The notes beneath the pieces were generated by a model. The model searched no databases and was not told the origin of the DNA. It saw only the letters and a list, made by a program, of their open reading frames with translations. A stretch of 64,000 bases of DNA from Calditrichia bacterium. Lineage in GTDB: Bacteria > Calditrichota > Calditrichia > JAJRVZ01. The stretch is from NCBI GenBank assembly GCA_963796965.1, contig CAWCNS010000004.1:832001-896000 (forward strand), given 5' to 3'. Positions 11,429 through 27,942 of the stretch are shown piece after piece (positions within the stretch are counted from its first letter, which is position 1; every line of letters begins with the position of its first letter). The translations under genes were made by a program, and so were the position numbers.

Positions 11429-11454
11429 AAAAAAAGCCCCGCTAGCGGGGCTTT
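11429..11454 (-). terminator. Intrinsic terminator of rpsT
   Basis: AAAGCCCCGCTAGCGGGGCTTT palindrome with a T7 tail on the - strand. Confidence 0.85.
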
Positions 11455-11519
11455 AAAATTTGGAAAAGAGTCTACACTGAAAAGCCGGGTTACTGGTCCT
11501 GGATCCCGGTCTCACTCTG

Positions 11520-11774
11520 TTAGGACATTTTATTGACGAAGCGTGTTAACTTGGATTTTTGATTTCCTGCTTTGTTGGCATGAATCGTGTCTGATCCGGC
11601 CATTTTATCCAGAAAAGGTACAACACGAACGAGTGCCTTTTGTGCGTCTTCTTTGTTCTCGGCTTCTCTTACGGCTTTTGTCAACGTATTTAGTTTACTT
11701 TTGTTGTTGCGGTTGACAAGACGATTATTTTCAGATGTTTTGATTCTTTTTTTTGCTGATTTATGATGTGCCAT
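11520..11774 (-). CDS. rpsT: 30S ribosomal protein S20
   Basis: MAHHKSAKKRIKTSE...IHANKAGNQKSKL. Confidence 0.95.
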   Translation of the reverse strand: MAHHKSAKKRIKTSENNRLVNRNNKSKLNTLTKAVREAENKEDAQKALVRVVPFLDKMAGSDTIHANKAGNQKSKLTRFVNKMS

Positions 11775-11896
11775 TCTTAAACCTTATTACTATAGTCATT
11801 GCGTAGGAATCTTCCTTATTATCGTCATCGACTCGACACCATGGAAGATCCTTTCAGGATGACATGTGAAAGATATCTATCGATTTTAGAACAACA

Positions 11897-11925
11897 AATT
11901 TAAGGTATCCCTATTCGATTGTCAA
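11897..11925 (-). promoter_or_regulatory. Sigma70 promoter of rpsT
   Basis: TTGACA-N17-TAAATT on the - strand. Confidence 0.65.
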
Positions 11926-11977
11926 ATTCGAAATGGTGATATTGCCACAAAAAATCAAAAAAATATTATTAATACTA

Positions 11978-12005
11978 TTGATTTCTTAATTCAATTTATT
12001 AAATT
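11978..12005 (+). promoter_or_regulatory. Putative promoter of the tRNA-tuf operon
   Basis: TTGATT-N16-TAAATT with an AT-rich upstream tract; same hexamers as upstream of tig. Confidence 0.4.
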
Positions 12006-12086
12006 ACAAGGCTTCTATATTTTAGAAGCGAAATTACGATTGAATCTTGCTGAGGTTTTGTTATAAATAAGCCTCAGTTTTTTTGT

Positions 12087-12159
12087 GCTGGCGTAGCTCA
12101 GTTGGTAGAGCAGCTGATTTGTAATCAGCCGGTCGGGGGTTCAAGTCCTCTCGCCAGCT
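12087..12159 (+). tRNA. tRNA-Thr(TGT)
   Basis: Acceptor stem GCTGGCG/CGCCAGC, anticodon arm CTGAT-TTGTAA-TCAG, GGTTCAAGTCC T-arm. Confidence 0.96.
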
Positions 12160-12232
12160 CCCCATCTTTCTGATTAAATAGTCAGTAGAGGGGTTACACT
12201 TGTACCGCATAGGGTAAGTGAGTGAATTATAA

Positions 12233-12309
<77 letters not shown>

Positions 12310-12368
12310 GTTTTTTGATCTTCCCCTTAATAATAATATTGGCAGGGGAGATCCGTAATATAATCCCT

Positions 12369-12441
12369 GCCCACGTAGCTCAGTCGGTAGAGCACATCCT
12401 TGGTAAGGATGAGGTCACCAGTTCAATCCTGGTCGTGGGCT
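12369..12441 (+). tRNA. tRNA-Thr(GGT)
   Basis: GCCCACG/CGTGGGC stem, anticodon loop TTGGTAA. Confidence 0.96.
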
Positions 12442-12489
12442 CTCGAGTATAGCCAAATTAGTTATCAAATTTATTTTGGAGGTAAACCA

Positions 12490-13678
12490 ATGGCGAAGGC
12501 AAAATTTGAGCGAACAAAACCACATGTAAACGTAGGAACGATCGGTCATGTTGATCATGGTAAGACGACCTTAACCGCAGCGATTACGTTGTTATTAAGT
12601 AAAAAGGGTTTATCAGAGTATCGTAGTTTTGACAGTATAGATAATGCTCCGGAAGAGCGAGAGCGTGGTATAACCATTGCCACTGCCCATGTTGAGTATG
12701 AGACAGAAAACCGTCACTATGCCCATGTTGACTGTCCTGGTCATGCTGACTATGTAAAGAACATGATCACGGGTGCTGCGCAGATGGATGGAGCGATACT
12801 TGTAGTAAGTGCAGCAGATGGTCCAATGCCTCAGACACGTGAGCATATCTTTTGCCCGTCAGGTAAATGTACCGAGTGTGGTTGTATTTATGAATAAAAC
12901 AGACCAGGTAGATGATCCTGAGTTGATTGAGTTGGTAGAGTTGGAATTGCGTGAATTGCTCAGTTCCTATGAATTTCCCGGTGATGATATTCCGATCATC
13001 CAAGGAAGTGCATTAGAGGCATTGAATAATCCGGATGATGCAGAGAAGACAAAATGTATATTTGACCTTATGGCAGCGGTAGATGATTATGTTCCGACTC
13101 CTGAGCGTGATATTGATAAGCCATTTCTGATGCCGGTTGAAGATGTTTTTAGTATAACCGGTCGTGGAACAGTTGGAACGGGCAGGATAGAGCGTGGTGT
13201 TGTTAATGTTGGTGAAGAGGTGGAGTTGGTTGGAATGGGCGCCCATCGAAAGACAGTTGTAACGGGTGTTGAGATGTTCCGTAAGTTATTGGATCGTGGT
13301 GAGGCCGGCGATAATGTTGGTTTGTTGATGCGTGGTGTTGATAAAGAAGAGTTGGAGCGTGGTATGGTAGCGGCCAAGCCGGGAAGCATTAATCCTCATA
13401 CGAAATTTAAGGGTGAGGTTTATGTTTTGACAAAAGAAGAAGGTGGTCGTCATACGCCATTTTTTAATGGGTATCGTCCGCAGTTTTATTTTCGTACAAC
13501 GGATGTGACCGGATCGATCCAGATGCCGGGTGGAATAGAGATGGTAATGCCGGGTGATAATGTAACGATGGAAGTAGAATTGCAAAAAGAGATCGCCATG
13601 GAGAAGGAATTGCGTTTTGCGATTCGTGAAGGTGGTCGTACGGTTGGTGCTGGTGTTGTAACAGAAATTATAGAATAA
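12490..13678 (+). CDS. tuf: Elongation factor Tu, copy 1 (2-nt deletion near 12850)
   Basis: [27 protein letters not shown]; 1189 nt versus 1191 nt for the intact copy at 27943. Confidence 0.97.
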
Positions 13679-13681
13679 GCA

Positions 13682-13738
13682 AGGGTAGGTTCAGAACCTG
13701 CCCGTACTAATAAGGGTAGGTTTGAAACCTGCTCATAC
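13682..13738. repeat. Pair of REP-like palindromes after tuf copy 1
   Basis: agggtaggttcagaacctgcccgtac and agggtaggtttgaaacctgctcatac. Confidence 0.75.
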
Positions 13739-13742
13739 GGAC

Positions 13743-13816
13743 AGGCCTGTAGCTCAATTGGCTAGAGCACCGGTCTCCAAAACCGGGGGTTGGGGGTTCG
13801 AGTCCCTCCAGGCCTG
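13743..13816 (+). tRNA. tRNA-Trp(CCA)
   Basis: AGGCCTG/CAGGCCT stem, anticodon loop CTCCAAA, canonical position before secE. Confidence 0.96.
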
Positions 13817-13860
13817 CAAGTAGAAACCTAATTGGTTGAGATTGTTTAAGGAATAGGAAT

Positions 13861-14044
13861 ATGTTCAAGAAAATTGCACAATTTATTAATGATGTTCAGG
13901 TTGAAATGTCAAAAGTTTCCTGGCCGTCAAGAAGTGAACTTGTTAACTCTACGATAATTGTAGCGGTTGTAAGTATCCTGTTTACGATTTACATATTTGG
14001 CGCTGATTTTATACTGGCTTGGATTATTGGGGCTGTTTATTTAA
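13861..14044 (+). CDS. secE: Preprotein translocase subunit SecE (3' end affected by an indel; the ORF track overruns to 14136)
   Basis: EMSKVSWPSRSEL motif followed by one TM helix. Confidence 0.9.
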
Positions 14045-14062
14045 AGTATCAGGGGACTGATC

Positions 14063-14603
14063 GTGGAAAAAAAGTGGTATACATTGCGTATTTATTCTGG
14101 CCAGGAAGCAAAGATAAAGGCGCATATCGAAGCTGAAATAGAATTAAAGGCCATTGAAGAGAAAGTTGGTCGGATTATTATTCCTTCTGAAAATGTGGTT
14201 GAGATGCGTGATGGGAAGAAAAGGACAAAAAATCGTGTCTTTTTTCCTGGTTATATGCTTATTGAAATGCTTCTCGATAGTCAGACACAGCATGTGGTAT
14301 CGGGTGCTCCTGGTGTGATTAGTTTTGTCGGCCCAAAAAACGAACCGACCCCCCTCCGCGAACCAGAGGTAAACCGCATCCTCGGAAAAATTGAGAATAG
14401 TCGTGAAGCTGAGGTAAAGGGGAAGATGAGTGTTCCCTTTAAGGTCGGCGATCCCATCCGTGTTATGGATGGGCCATTTAATGATTTTACGGGATTTGTA
14501 GAAGAAATTAACGAAGAAAAAAATAAGGTCAAGGTAAATATCAGTATTTTTGGTCGCCCAACACCCGTTGAATTGGATTTTCTCAGGTCGAATTAGAGAA
14601 ATA
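14063..14603 (+). CDS. nusG: Transcription termination/antitermination factor NusG (indel in the last codons)
   Basis: WYTLRIYSGQE, FPGYMLIEM, KOW motif GPFNDFTG, IFGRPTPVELDF. Confidence 0.97.
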
Positions 14604-14652
14604 GAAGCAAGTGGGCATCTTAAATTTATAAACAAGAGAGGTCAAGTTAGGA

Positions 14653-15078
14653 ATGGCAAAAAAAGAATTGGCAAAAATAAAACTGCAATTACCGGCAGGG
14701 CAGGCAAATCCTTCACCGCCTGTGGGCCCGGCATTGGGTCAGCATGGTGTTAATATTATGGAGTTTTGCAAAGCATATAATGCTAAGACGCAAGAAAAAG
14801 CCGGTTTAATTATTCCCGTTGAGATCACGGTTTATGCAGATCGATCTTTTTCATTTATTACAAAAACGCCTCCGGCTTCTGTGTTATTGTTGAAAGCAGC
14901 CGGTTTGCAAAAAGGTTCAGGCGAGCCAAATACAAATAAGGTTGGGAAAGTAACTAAGGATCAGGTTCGTGAGATTGCGGAAATGAAAATGGAGGATTTA
15001 AATGCTTCCGATACTGAAAATGCGATGCGGATGATTGAAGGCACTGCCCGTAGTATGGGAATTGTGGTTGAATCTTAA
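14653..15078 (+). CDS. rplK: 50S ribosomal protein L11
   Basis: [21 protein letters not shown]. Confidence 0.98.
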   Translation: MAKKELAKIKLQLPAGQANPSPPVGPALGQHGVNIMEFCKAYNAKTQEKAGLIIPVEITVYADRSFSFITKTPPASVLLLKAAGLQKGSGEPNTNKVGKVTKDQVREIAEMKMEDLNASDTENAMRMIEGTARSMGIVVES

Positions 15079-15100
15079 TATACATTAGAGGTTGCGAGAA

Positions 15101-15798
15101 ATGAAGAGAAGTAAACGCTATACTGAACTATCAAAAATAATTGAACATTTAAAGGAGTATTCACCGGAGGAGGGGGTAAAACTTCTCAAAGGTGCCGCAA
15201 AGGCCCGATTTGATGAAACGGTGGATATCGCCATGCGATTAGGAGTTGATCCTCGTCATGCTGATCAAATGGTGCGGGGAACTGTTTCACTTCCTAATGG
15301 CACCGGGAAGACGGTCCGGATTTTGGTTCTGACCAAAGGTGATAATGTTGACAAGGCAAAATCTGCTGGAGCGGATTTTGCAGGTCTTGAAGAATATATA
15401 GAGAAAATCCAAAAGGGTTGGATGGAGTTCGATGTGGTTGTTGCATCGCCCGACGTAATGTCTTTGGTTGGCCGGCTTGGTAAGATTTTAGGTACCCGGG
15501 GGTTAATGCCAAATCCAAAAAGTGGTACCGTTACGCCGGATGTAGAAACGCTGTTCAAGAAATTAAAGCAGGAAAAATTGATTTTCGAGTGGATAAAACC
15601 GGGATTATGCATTCACGTATTGGGAAAATATCTTTTGAAGAAGAAAAGTTGTTGGAGAATCTCAAAGTGTTTATCCATACAATTATTAAAATGAAGCCGG
15701 CCTCGGCAAAGGGTACTTATTTAAAAAGTATTTCCATTTCCAGTACAATGGGCCCGGGGATTTTTCTTGACCGAAATCAAAGTACGTACAGTTCCTAA
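15101..15798 (+). CDS. rplA: 50S ribosomal protein L1 (frameshift near 15550)
   Basis: [34 protein letters not shown] across two ORFs. Confidence 0.96.
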
Positions 15799-15819
15799 AT
15801 TATTAAAAGGGTAACAGAG

Positions 15820-16348
15820 ATGCCAACACCAAGAAAAGTAGAAATTATTGAAGAATATTGCGAAAAATTTAAAGCATCAAAAAGTATCTTTCTCGCTGAT
15901 TTCGCCGGTATCAATGTGGAGGAGACTACGAAGCTTAAGGCGCTCGTTTAGAAATGCGAATGTGCATTATTGTGTATTGAAAAATACACTTGCGAAACGT
16001 TCGTTTGATAAGGCGGGTATTGAAGGCGTAGATGAGATGCTTGTAGGAATGACGGCCTTTGCTTTTAGCGAGGATGATGCTGTCGCACCTATTCGGGTTA
16101 TTACTGAATTTAATAAGCAGAAAAAGAAAGATCAGAGTTCATTGGTCGTGAAGGGCTGTGTATTTGAGGGACGTGTGTTTGACGCCGACCAAGCCGATGC
16201 GCTCGCGAATCTGCCAAGTCGTGAAGTACTCCTTTCGCAATTAGTCGGAGTTCTTAAGGCGCCAATGACTAATCTCGTTAATGTTTTGTCTGGTACGGGA
16301 CGTAAACTTGCCGGTACATTGGAATCTCTTAAATCGCAAAAATCATAA
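15820..16348 (+). CDS. rplJ: 50S ribosomal protein L10 (frameshift near 15930)
   Basis: MPTPRKVEII..., KNTLAKR, LANLPSREVLL; position between rplA and rplL. Confidence 0.94.
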
Positions 16349-16398
16349 ATAAAAAATAAAATTGAGTCATAATATATTTCATTTATTGGAGGTTTAAA

Positions 16399-16785
16399 AT
16401 GGCTGTCGTAAAAAAAGAGGATGTTCTTACTTATTTGGAAAAAGCTTCCATGCTGGAAGTATCTGAGTTGATTAAGGATATTGAAGAAAAATTTGGCGTA
16501 ACTGCTGCAGCTCCGGTTGCAGTTGCCGCTGGTCCTGCTGCTGGTGCTGCACCTGCGGAAGCGGCCGAAGAACAAACTGAATTTGACGTTATGCTCGTCT
16601 CTTCTGGCGAGAAAAAGATTCAGGTTATAAAGGTTGTTCGGGCAATTACAAATCTTGGTTTAAAAGAAGCAAAAGATCTGGTTGATAATGCACCTAATGC
16701 GATTAAAGAGGGTGTTTCGAAAGCAGAAGCTGAAGATGTTCAAAAACAGATTGAAGAGGCCGGCGGTACAGTCGAGCTAAAGTAG
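16399..16785 (+). CDS. rplL: 50S ribosomal protein L7/L12
   Basis: [30 protein letters not shown]. Confidence 0.98.
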   Translation: MAVVKKEDVLTYLEKASMLEVSELIKDIEEKFGVTAAAPVAVAAGPAAGAAPAEAAEEQTEFDVMLVSSGEKKIQVIKVVRAITNLGLKEAKDLVDNAPNAIKEGVSKAEAEDVQKQIEEAGGTVELK

Positions 16786-16822
16786 CAAAAACCAAGTAAA
16801 TTATTGTGTGAGGAGTTGATCC

Positions 16823-20598
<3,776 letters not shown>

Positions 20599-20657
20599 AA
20601 GAACTTTTCTCAGGTCTAATCAATCCAGTAAAAAAAACTTAACAGGAGTTAAGGACT

Positions 20658-23600
20658 TTGAATTATAAAAAAGGTGCTAATAGATTTAATAAAATCACGA
20701 TAAGTCTGGCTTCGCCGAATGATATTTTGGAGCAATCACATGGTGAGGTAACAAAACCGGAGACCATAAATTATCGTTCATTCAAACCAGAAAAAGATGG
20801 TTTGTTTTGCGAGAAAATATTTGGTCCGGTTAAAGACTGGGAATGCCATTGTGGTAAGTACAAACGAATTCGCTATAAAGGTATTATTTGTGACCGCTGT
20901 GGTGTTGAAGTAACACAAAAAAGTGTTCGCCGTGAGCGAATGGGGCATATTAGTCTTGCAGTACCTGTGGTTCATATCTGGTTTTTTAGATCATTACCAA
21001 CGAAAATCGGCTATTTGCTTGATATGTCTCCGAAAGATCTGGAGAAGGTGATCTATTATGAGCAGTATGTTGTTGTGAGTCCCGGGAAAAGTGATCTCAA
21101 GGAAAAGCAGTTAATAAATGAAGATGAATTCTTTAATCAACTGGAATTGCATGGTGAAGCCAATGAAGATCTGGCGGACGATGATAGCGCCAAATTTATT
21201 GCTAAGATCGGCGGTGAAGCCATTCATGATTTATTGAGCCGGATTAACATCAAGGATCTTTCAGTTGACCTTAGGGGTCGCGTCAAATCTGAGACTTCTG
21301 TTCAAAAGAAAACCGAAGCATTAAAAAGATTGAAAGTTGTGGAGGCATTTCGCGTACGTGATGCCAATACTGAATATAGAAATAAGCCCGAGTGGATGGT
21401 GCTGGATGTCGTACCGGTTATACCTCCTGAATTAAGACCGTTAGTGCCTCTAGAGGGTGGACGGTTTGCAACCAGTGATTTAAATGATCTCTATCGCCGG
21501 GTAATTATCAGAAATAACCGTCTGAAAAAACTATTAGAAATCCGCGCACCGGAAGTTATATTGCGGAATGAGAAGCGAATGCTTCAGGAAGCTGTTGATT
21601 CATTGTTCGATAATTCTAAACGTTCAACGGCGATGCGCTCAGATGGCAACCGTCCGCTTAAGTCCCTCTCAGATATGTTAAAGGGTAAGCAGGGCAGGTT
21701 TAGGCAAAATCTTCTGGGAAAGCGTGTCGATTATTCTGGGCGTTCAGTTATCGTTGTCGGTCCCGAATTAAAACTGCATGAATGTGGAATTCCAAAGGAT
21801 ATGGCGATTGAACTGTTCAAGCCCTTTATAATACGCAAGTTAGTTGAGCGGCGATTTGTAAAAACGGTCAAAAGCGCGAAGAAATTAGTTGAAAAAAGAG
21901 GTGCAGAGGTTTGGGATATTCTTGAAGAGATTATTGAGGATCATCCGGTTATGCTCAATCGTGCACCTACCCTTCATCGCCTTGGAATTCAGGCCTTTCA
22001 ACCTGTTCTTATCGAGGGTAAAGCTATCCGGATCCATCCTCTTGTTTGTACGGCATTCAATGCTGACTTCGATGGGGATCAGATGGCCGTTCATATTCCG
22101 CTTTCCTATGAGGCTCAGGTCGAAACCAAGATATTGATGCTTTCCAGTCATAATATTCTTTCGCCTGCCAGTGGCAAGCCGATAGTTGTTCCTAGTCAGG
22201 ATGTGGTTCTTGGCTGTTATTACCTTACCAAAGCCAGACCGGGGCAAAGGGGTGAAAATAAAAGATTTTCATCTCCAAAAGAAGTGATAATTGCCTATAA
22301 TAACGGTAAAATTGATCTTCATGCCCGTATAAAACTGCGTTTAGGTGAAGAAATTATTGAGACTACAACCGGACGAGTTTTATTTAACGAAGCCGTACCC
22401 GAGGGATTAGGTTTTGTAAATGAATTATTATCAAAGAAAAGTCTTACGGAGATCGTGTCTGGCTGTTATCGCAAATTTGGCAATCGGGTAGCTGCAAAAT
22501 TTTTAGATGATTTGAAAGATCTCGGATTTCATCATGCGATGAGCTCGGGTGTTTCTATCAGCCTTTCTGATGTTGTAACGCCACCGGAAAAACAGATTCT
22601 GATTGATCAGGCTCAAAAAGAGGTGGATACAATCCAAAAACAATTTTTGCGTGGTGTGATCACCGATGGCGAAAGATATAATAAGATTATCGATATCTGG
22701 ACACATGTAACGGGTGAGGTTGCGGAGATTATGTTTGCAAAGCTGAGCCGCAATGATGATGGATTTAATCCTTTATATATGATGTCCGATTCTGGTGCCC
22801 GTGGTAGTAAAGAGCAGATTAGGCAGTTAGCTGGTATGCGTGGTTTGATGGCAAAACCACAAAAAACACTTTCCGGGCAAACGGGTGAAATTATTGAAAA
22901 CCCGATTACGGCGAACTTTTTAGAAGGTTTGTCAGTTATCGAGTATTTTATATCCACGCATGGTGCGCGGAAAGGTTTGGCGGATACGGCACTTAAGACA
23001 GCGGATGCTGGTTATCTCACCCGCCGTCTTGTGGATGTCGCTCAGGATGTCATTGTTTCTCAAAATGATTGTGGGACAATCCTTGGAATAGAAATGCAGG
23101 ATCTTAAAGAGGGTGAAGAAATAATTGAGCCCCTCGAAGATCGTATTACAGGTCGTGTTGCTGCTGAAGATGTTGAAGATACAAATGCCGGAACAGTTAT
23201 TGTTCAGCGTGGTGAGGTCATTTCGGAAGAAATCGCAGAGCAAATCGCAGCCGCTCCAATTGAAGGTGTTCTAGTGCGGACTGAATTAACCTGTGAGGCT
23301 AAACGTGGCGTCTGTTCACTTTGTTACGGCCGTAATTTGGCTTCAGGTAAACTTGTTGGAATCGGTGAAGCGGTTGGTGTTATGGCTGCACAGAGTATTG
23401 GTGAGCCGGGTACACAGTTGACCCTGCGAACCTTCCATATCGGTGGTACCGCAGCCCGTATTGCTGCAGAATCACATATTGCAACCAAATATGATGGTAA
23501 AGTCAAATATATCAATGTGCGTACTATTGAGAACCTTGCAAAAGATAGAATCGTTCTTGGCCGAAGTGGCAAGATAGAGATCCAGGATGAAAATAACAGG

Positions 23601-24896
23601 GGTATCGCAACGTACAATGTGCCCTACGGTGCCGTTCTTAGGATTGAAGAGGATGCAGAAGTTAAAAAAGGTGAGACGTTATTTGACTGGGATCCGTACA
23701 GCTCTGTGATACTTGCAGACAAAACTGGCGTTGTAGAGTTCGAGGATATCATTGATAATATGACGTATCGGGAGGAGTTGGACGAACAAACCGGTCTGCG
23801 TCAGCGTGTTGTCATTGAATCTAAAAATAAAAATCTTAATCCACATATCTATATTAGTAATAAGGATACAGAAGAACGAAGTAAATTTATTATACCGGTT
23901 AAATCTTTCCTGCAAGTTCAAAATAAACAAGAGGTTCATGCAGGCGATATTTTGGTTAAAATTCCGAGAGAGATTGGTAAAACCCGCGATATTACTGGTG
24001 GTCTGCCAAGAGTAGCAGAGCTTTTTGAGGCGCGACGCCCAAAAGAGATGGCTGTTGTTACTGAAATTGATGGAATTGTTAAATTTGGCTCAATTAAGCG
24101 TGGTGTACGTGAATTGATAGTTGAGGGTGAGTCAGATACAAAAAAATATTCTGTTCCATATGGTAAGCATATACTTGTTCATGAAAACGATTTTGTCGAA
24201 GCCGGCGATAGGTTGACGGATGGTTCAATTGCACCACAAGATATTTTGACAATAAAGGGACCTGGAAAGGTGCAGGAATATCTTGTAAACGAGATCCAGG
24301 AAATTTACCGCTTGCAGGGTGTTAAAATCAATGATAAGCATATCGGTATTATTGTACGCCAGATGCTGCAAAAAGTACTGATCCTTGATGGTGGTGACAG
24401 TATGTTCCTCGAGGGGGATCAGGTTGATCGTGGTACATTCCTTTCAGAAAATGAAAAAGTTATTGAGAAGGTCGTGGTTGCCGATCCTGGAGATTCATTG
24501 TTCCGTGAAGACGATTTGACTGATAAGAAAACGATCGAATTGATCAATCGGGACTTAAAAAAGGACAAAAAGAAACCGATCAAGCATAGAAGAGCCAAAC
24601 CGGCCTCTTTTACTCCGGTACTACTTGGAATTACTCAGGCAGCATTGAATACAGAAAGTTTTATCTCAGCTGCCTCATTTCAGGAGACAACCAAGGTTCT
24701 CACTGAAGCTGCGGTTGCAGGAAAAGAGGATAGTTTGATTGGTCTAAAGGAAAATGTGATAATGGGGCATTTGATCCCAGCCGGAACCGGTTTGGCGAAA
24801 TATGCGAACCTCTATGTCGAAGAACAAGTAAAAGAAGTTGAGCCTGAAGGCGAATTCCTTGGTGAAGAGGTTGGAAATATCACAGAAACATCTTGA
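20658..24896 (+). CDS. rpoC: RNA polymerase beta' subunit
   Basis: [12 protein letters not shown] catalytic motif and zinc-binding motifs. Confidence 0.99.
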   Translation: MNYKKGANRFNKITISLASPNDILEQSHGEVTKPETINYRSFKPEKDGLFCEKIFGPVKDWECHCGKYKRIRYKGIICDRCGVEVTQKSVRRERMGHISLAVPVVHIWFFRSLPTKIGYLLDMSPKDLEKVIYYEQYVVVSPGKSDLKEKQLINEDEFFNQLELHGEANEDLADDDSAKFIAKIGGEAIHDLLSRINIKDLSVDLRGRVKSETSVQKKTEALKRLKVVEAFRVRDANTEYRNKPEWMVLDVVPVIPPELRPLVPLEGGRFATSDLNDLYRRVIIRNNRLKKLLEIRAPEVILRNEKRMLQEAVDSLFDNSKRSTAMRSDGNRPLKSLSDMLKGKQGRFRQNLLGKRVDYSGRSVIVVGPELKLHECGIPKDMAIELFKPFIIRKLVERRFVKTVKSAKKLVEKRGAEVWDILEEIIEDHPVMLNRAPTLHRLGIQAFQPVLIEGKAIRIHPLVCTAFNADFDGDQMAVHIPLSYEAQVETKILMLSSHNILSPASGKPIVVPSQDVVLGCYYLTKARPGQRGENKRFSSPKEVIIAYNNGKIDLHARIKLRLGEEIIETTTGRVLFNEAVPEGLGFVNELLSKKSLTEIVSGCYRKFGNRVAAKFLDDLKDLGFHHAMSSGVSISLSDVVTPPEKQILIDQAQKEVDTIQKQFLRGVITDGERYNKIIDIWTHVTGEVAEIMFAKLSRNDDGFNPLYMMSDSGARGSKEQIRQLAGMRGLMAKPQKTLSGQTGEIIENPITANFLEGLSVIEYFISTHGARKGLADTALKTADAGYLTRRLVDVAQDVIVSQNDCGTILGIEMQDLKEGEEIIEPLEDRITGRVAAEDVEDTNAGTVIVQRGEVISEEIAEQIAAAPIEGVLVRTELTCEAKRGVCSLCYGRNLASGKLVGIGEAVGVMAAQSIGEPGTQLTLRTFHIGGTAARIAAESHIATKYDGKVKYINVRTIENLAKDRIVLGRSGKIEIQDENNRGIATYNVPYGAVLRIEEDAEVKKGETLFDWDPYSSVILADKTGVVEFEDIIDNMTYREELDEQTGLRQRVVIESKNKNLNPHIYISNKDTEERSKFIIPVKSFLQVQNKQEVHAGDILVKIPREIGKTRDITGGLPRVAELFEARRPKEMAVVTEIDGIVKFGSIKRGVRELIVEGESDTKKYSVPYGKHILVHENDFVEAGDRLTDGSIAPQDILTIKGPGKVQEYLVNEIQEIYRLQGVKINDKHIGIIVRQMLQKVLILDGGDSMFLEGDQVDRGTFLSENEKVIEKVVVADPGDSLFREDDLTDKKTIELINRDLKKDKKKPIKHRRAKPASFTPVLLGITQAALNTESFISAASFQETTKVLTEAAVAGKEDSLIGLKENVIMGHLIPAGTGLAKYANLYVEEQVKEVEPEGEFLGEEVGNITETS

Positions 24897-24949
24897 ACCA
24901 AGAAAATATAGTTAGTAAATTAGTAATCTGTGACTTTTAGGAGGTAGGT

Positions 24950-25321
24950 TTGCCGACAATCAATCAGTTAATACGACACGGCAGAAAAACTGTGACAAAA
25001 AAGACGAAAGCACCAGCGCTTGGATCATCCCCTCAGAAGCGGGGCGTGTGTACAAGAGTCTACACGACAACACCTAAAAAACCGAATTCGGCATTGAGGA
25101 AAGTTGCACGTGTACGTCTTACCAATGGAATAGAGGTCTCGGCTTATATTCCAGGTGAAGGGCATAATTTACAGGAGCACTCAATCGTTCTTATTCGCGG
25201 TGGTCGTGTAAAAGATTTGCCGGGTGTGCGTTATCATATTGTTAGGGGCACATTAGATACGAGCGGTGTTGATGATCGCAAGCAGGCCAGATCAAAATAT
25301 GGTACTAAGAAACCAAAATAA
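24950..25321 (+). CDS. rpsL: 30S ribosomal protein S12
   Basis: [22 protein letters not shown]. Confidence 0.99.
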   Translation: MPTINQLIRHGRKTVTKKTKAPALGSSPQKRGVCTRVYTTTPKKPNSALRKVARVRLTNGIEVSAYIPGEGHNLQEHSIVLIRGGRVKDLPGVRYHIVRGTLDTSGVDDRKQARSKYGTKKPK

Positions 25322-25325
25322 TTAA

Positions 25326-25820
<495 letters not shown>

Positions 25821-25838
25821 TGACATAGAAATATTATA

Positions 25839-27911
25839 ATGAAATCTAGTTTAAAAAATATTAGAAATATTGGGATAATGGCCCATATTGATGCCGGTAA
25901 AACAACGACTACGGAGCGAATCCTTTATTATGCGGGTCGATTGCACCGAATGGGTGAAGTGCATGATGGTGCAGCCACAATGGATTGGATGGAGCAAGAG
26001 AAGGAACGTGGCATTACTATTACAAGTGCAGCGACAACGGCAGAATGGAACGGGCATCAGATAAATATTATAGATACTCCCGGACATGTTGATTTTACCG
26101 TTGAAGTTGAAAGATCCCTGCGGGTATTGGATGGTGCTGTGGCGCTTTTTTGTGCGGTTGGTGGTGTTGAACCGCAATCTGAGACAGTTTGGCGTCAGGC
26201 GGATAAATATGGTGTTCCACGAATTGCTTTTGTGAATAAAATGGACAGAATCGGCGCTGATTTTTACAATGTTGTCGAAATGATGAGAACCCGTCTGGGT
26301 GCTTTTCCTGTCCCTCTCCAGATTCCCATGGGTGAAGGAGATTTGTTTACTGGTCTGATCGATTTGATAAAAATGAAAGCGGTCATTTATAATGAAAGCA
26401 GCCTGGGGGCACTTTTTGAAGAAGGCGAAATACCCAAAGGGTTGGTTGAGAAAGCGCAAAAATATCGTACAGATATATTTGAAGCAGTGGCCGAATATGA
26501 TGAAGAACTATTGGAGAAATATCTTGAGGGTGCGGAGATCTCTGATAAAGAATTGATGTCTGCAATCCACAAGGCCACTATTGATGTGAAAATTGTTCCG
26601 GTCTTATGTGGGTCTGCCTTTAAAAATAAAGGTGTTCAACGCCTGCTTGATTCAATTATTGCCTACTTGCCGTCTCCGGATGAACTTGAGGCTGTAAAAG
26701 GAAAGCATCCACGCACTGGTGAGGTTGTCTTGCGTGAGAACAGCGTAGAGGATCCATTCTCTGCATTGGCCTTCAAGGTAATGACCGATCCCTATGTTGG
26801 GAAATTGACTTTTTTTAGAGTTTATTCAGGTAGCGCCAAGGCCGGGTCATATATTTTCAATGTGAATTCACAAAAGAAAGAACGGTTAGGGCGAATCCTG
26901 CAGATGCATGCGAACTCAAGGGAAGATGTCCAGGTCGTTCAAGCGGGTGATATTGCAGCGGCCGTCGGTTTTAAAAACACACGAACCGGTGACACGCTCT
27001 GTGATGAAAATAAACATATTATTCTGGAGTCAATGCATTTTCCGGAACCTGTTATTTCGGTATCAATTGAACCTAAGACCAAAGCGGATCAGGATAAATT
27101 GGCAGATTCTTTGGCAAAATTAAGTGAAGAAGATCCGACATTTCAGGTATATACAGATGAAGAAACCGGGCAGACAATTATTCGTGGCATGGGTGAACTT
27201 CACTTAGAAATAATTGTAGACAGAATGTTGCGCGAATTTAAGGTTGAAGCAAATGTTGGTCGTCCGCAGGTTGCATATAAAGAGACGATTACAAAAACGA
27301 CCGAGGTGGAAGGAAAGTTTATTCGTCAATCCGGTGGGCGTGGCCAGTACGGTCATGTTGTTATTGATCTGGGTCCAAATGAGACGGGTAAAGGCTTTGA
27401 ATTTGAAAATGCCATTGTCGGTGGTGCCGTTCCAAGAGAATATGTTAATTCTGTAAAGCAGGGTATCGAGGGTGCGATGAATAGCGGTGTGCTGGCTGGG
27501 TATCCTGTAAAAGATATTAAAGCAAAGTTGATTGATGGATCTTATCATGATGTCGACTCCAGTGAAATGGCATTTAAAATTGCCGGCTCAATGGCCTTCC
27601 AGGAAGGTTGTAAAAAAGCAGGGGCTGTGTTATTGGAACCTGTGATGAAATTGGAAGTTATAGTTCCGGAGGAGTATCTCGGTGATGTGATTGGAAATTT
27701 AAATGCACGCCGGGGGAAAATATCTGGGATTTTACCTCGAAAAGATGCGCAGGTGGTGGCAGCAATGGCGCCCTTGTCTGAAATGTTTGGTTATGCTACT
27801 GAATTACGGTCAATTTCTCAGGGCAGAGCGATTTATTCCATGCAGTTCTCACATTATGAACCTGTGCCCAAGAATATAGCAGACGAAATAATAGAAAAAG
27901 CAAAAGGTTAA
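25839..27911 (+). CDS. fusA: Elongation factor G
   Basis: [35 protein letters not shown]. Confidence 0.99.
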   Translation: MKSSLKNIRNIGIMAHIDAGKTTTTERILYYAGRLHRMGEVHDGAATMDWMEQEKERGITITSAATTAEWNGHQINIIDTPGHVDFTVEVERSLRVLDGAVALFCAVGGVEPQSETVWRQADKYGVPRIAFVNKMDRIGADFYNVVEMMRTRLGAFPVPLQIPMGEGDLFTGLIDLIKMKAVIYNESSLGALFEEGEIPKGLVEKAQKYRTDIFEAVAEYDEELLEKYLEGAEISDKELMSAIHKATIDVKIVPVLCGSAFKNKGVQRLLDSIIAYLPSPDELEAVKGKHPRTGEVVLRENSVEDPFSALAFKVMTDPYVGKLTFFRVYSGSAKAGSYIFNVNSQKKERLGRILQMHANSREDVQVVQAGDIAAAVGFKNTRTGDTLCDENKHIILESMHFPEPVISVSIEPKTKADQDKLADSLAKLSEEDPTFQVYTDEETGQTIIRGMGELHLEIIVDRMLREFKVEANVGRPQVAYKETITKTTEVEGKFIRQSGGRGQYGHVVIDLGPNETGKGFEFENAIVGGAVPREYVNSVKQGIEGAMNSGVLAGYPVKDIKAKLIDGSYHDVDSSEMAFKIAGSMAFQEGCKKAGAVLLEPVMKLEVIVPEEYLGDVIGNLNARRGKISGILPRKDAQVVAAMAPLSEMFGYATELRSISQGRAIYSMQFSHYEPVPKNIADEIIEKAKG

Positions 27912-27942
27912 ACCTTTCTGAAAAAGTTTTGGAGGAAAGCCA

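Noticed and set aside
12400..12489. N-terminal extension of EF-Tu in the ORF track
   Set aside because: It overlaps tRNA-Thr(GGT); the real start is the ATG at 12490 after GGAGG
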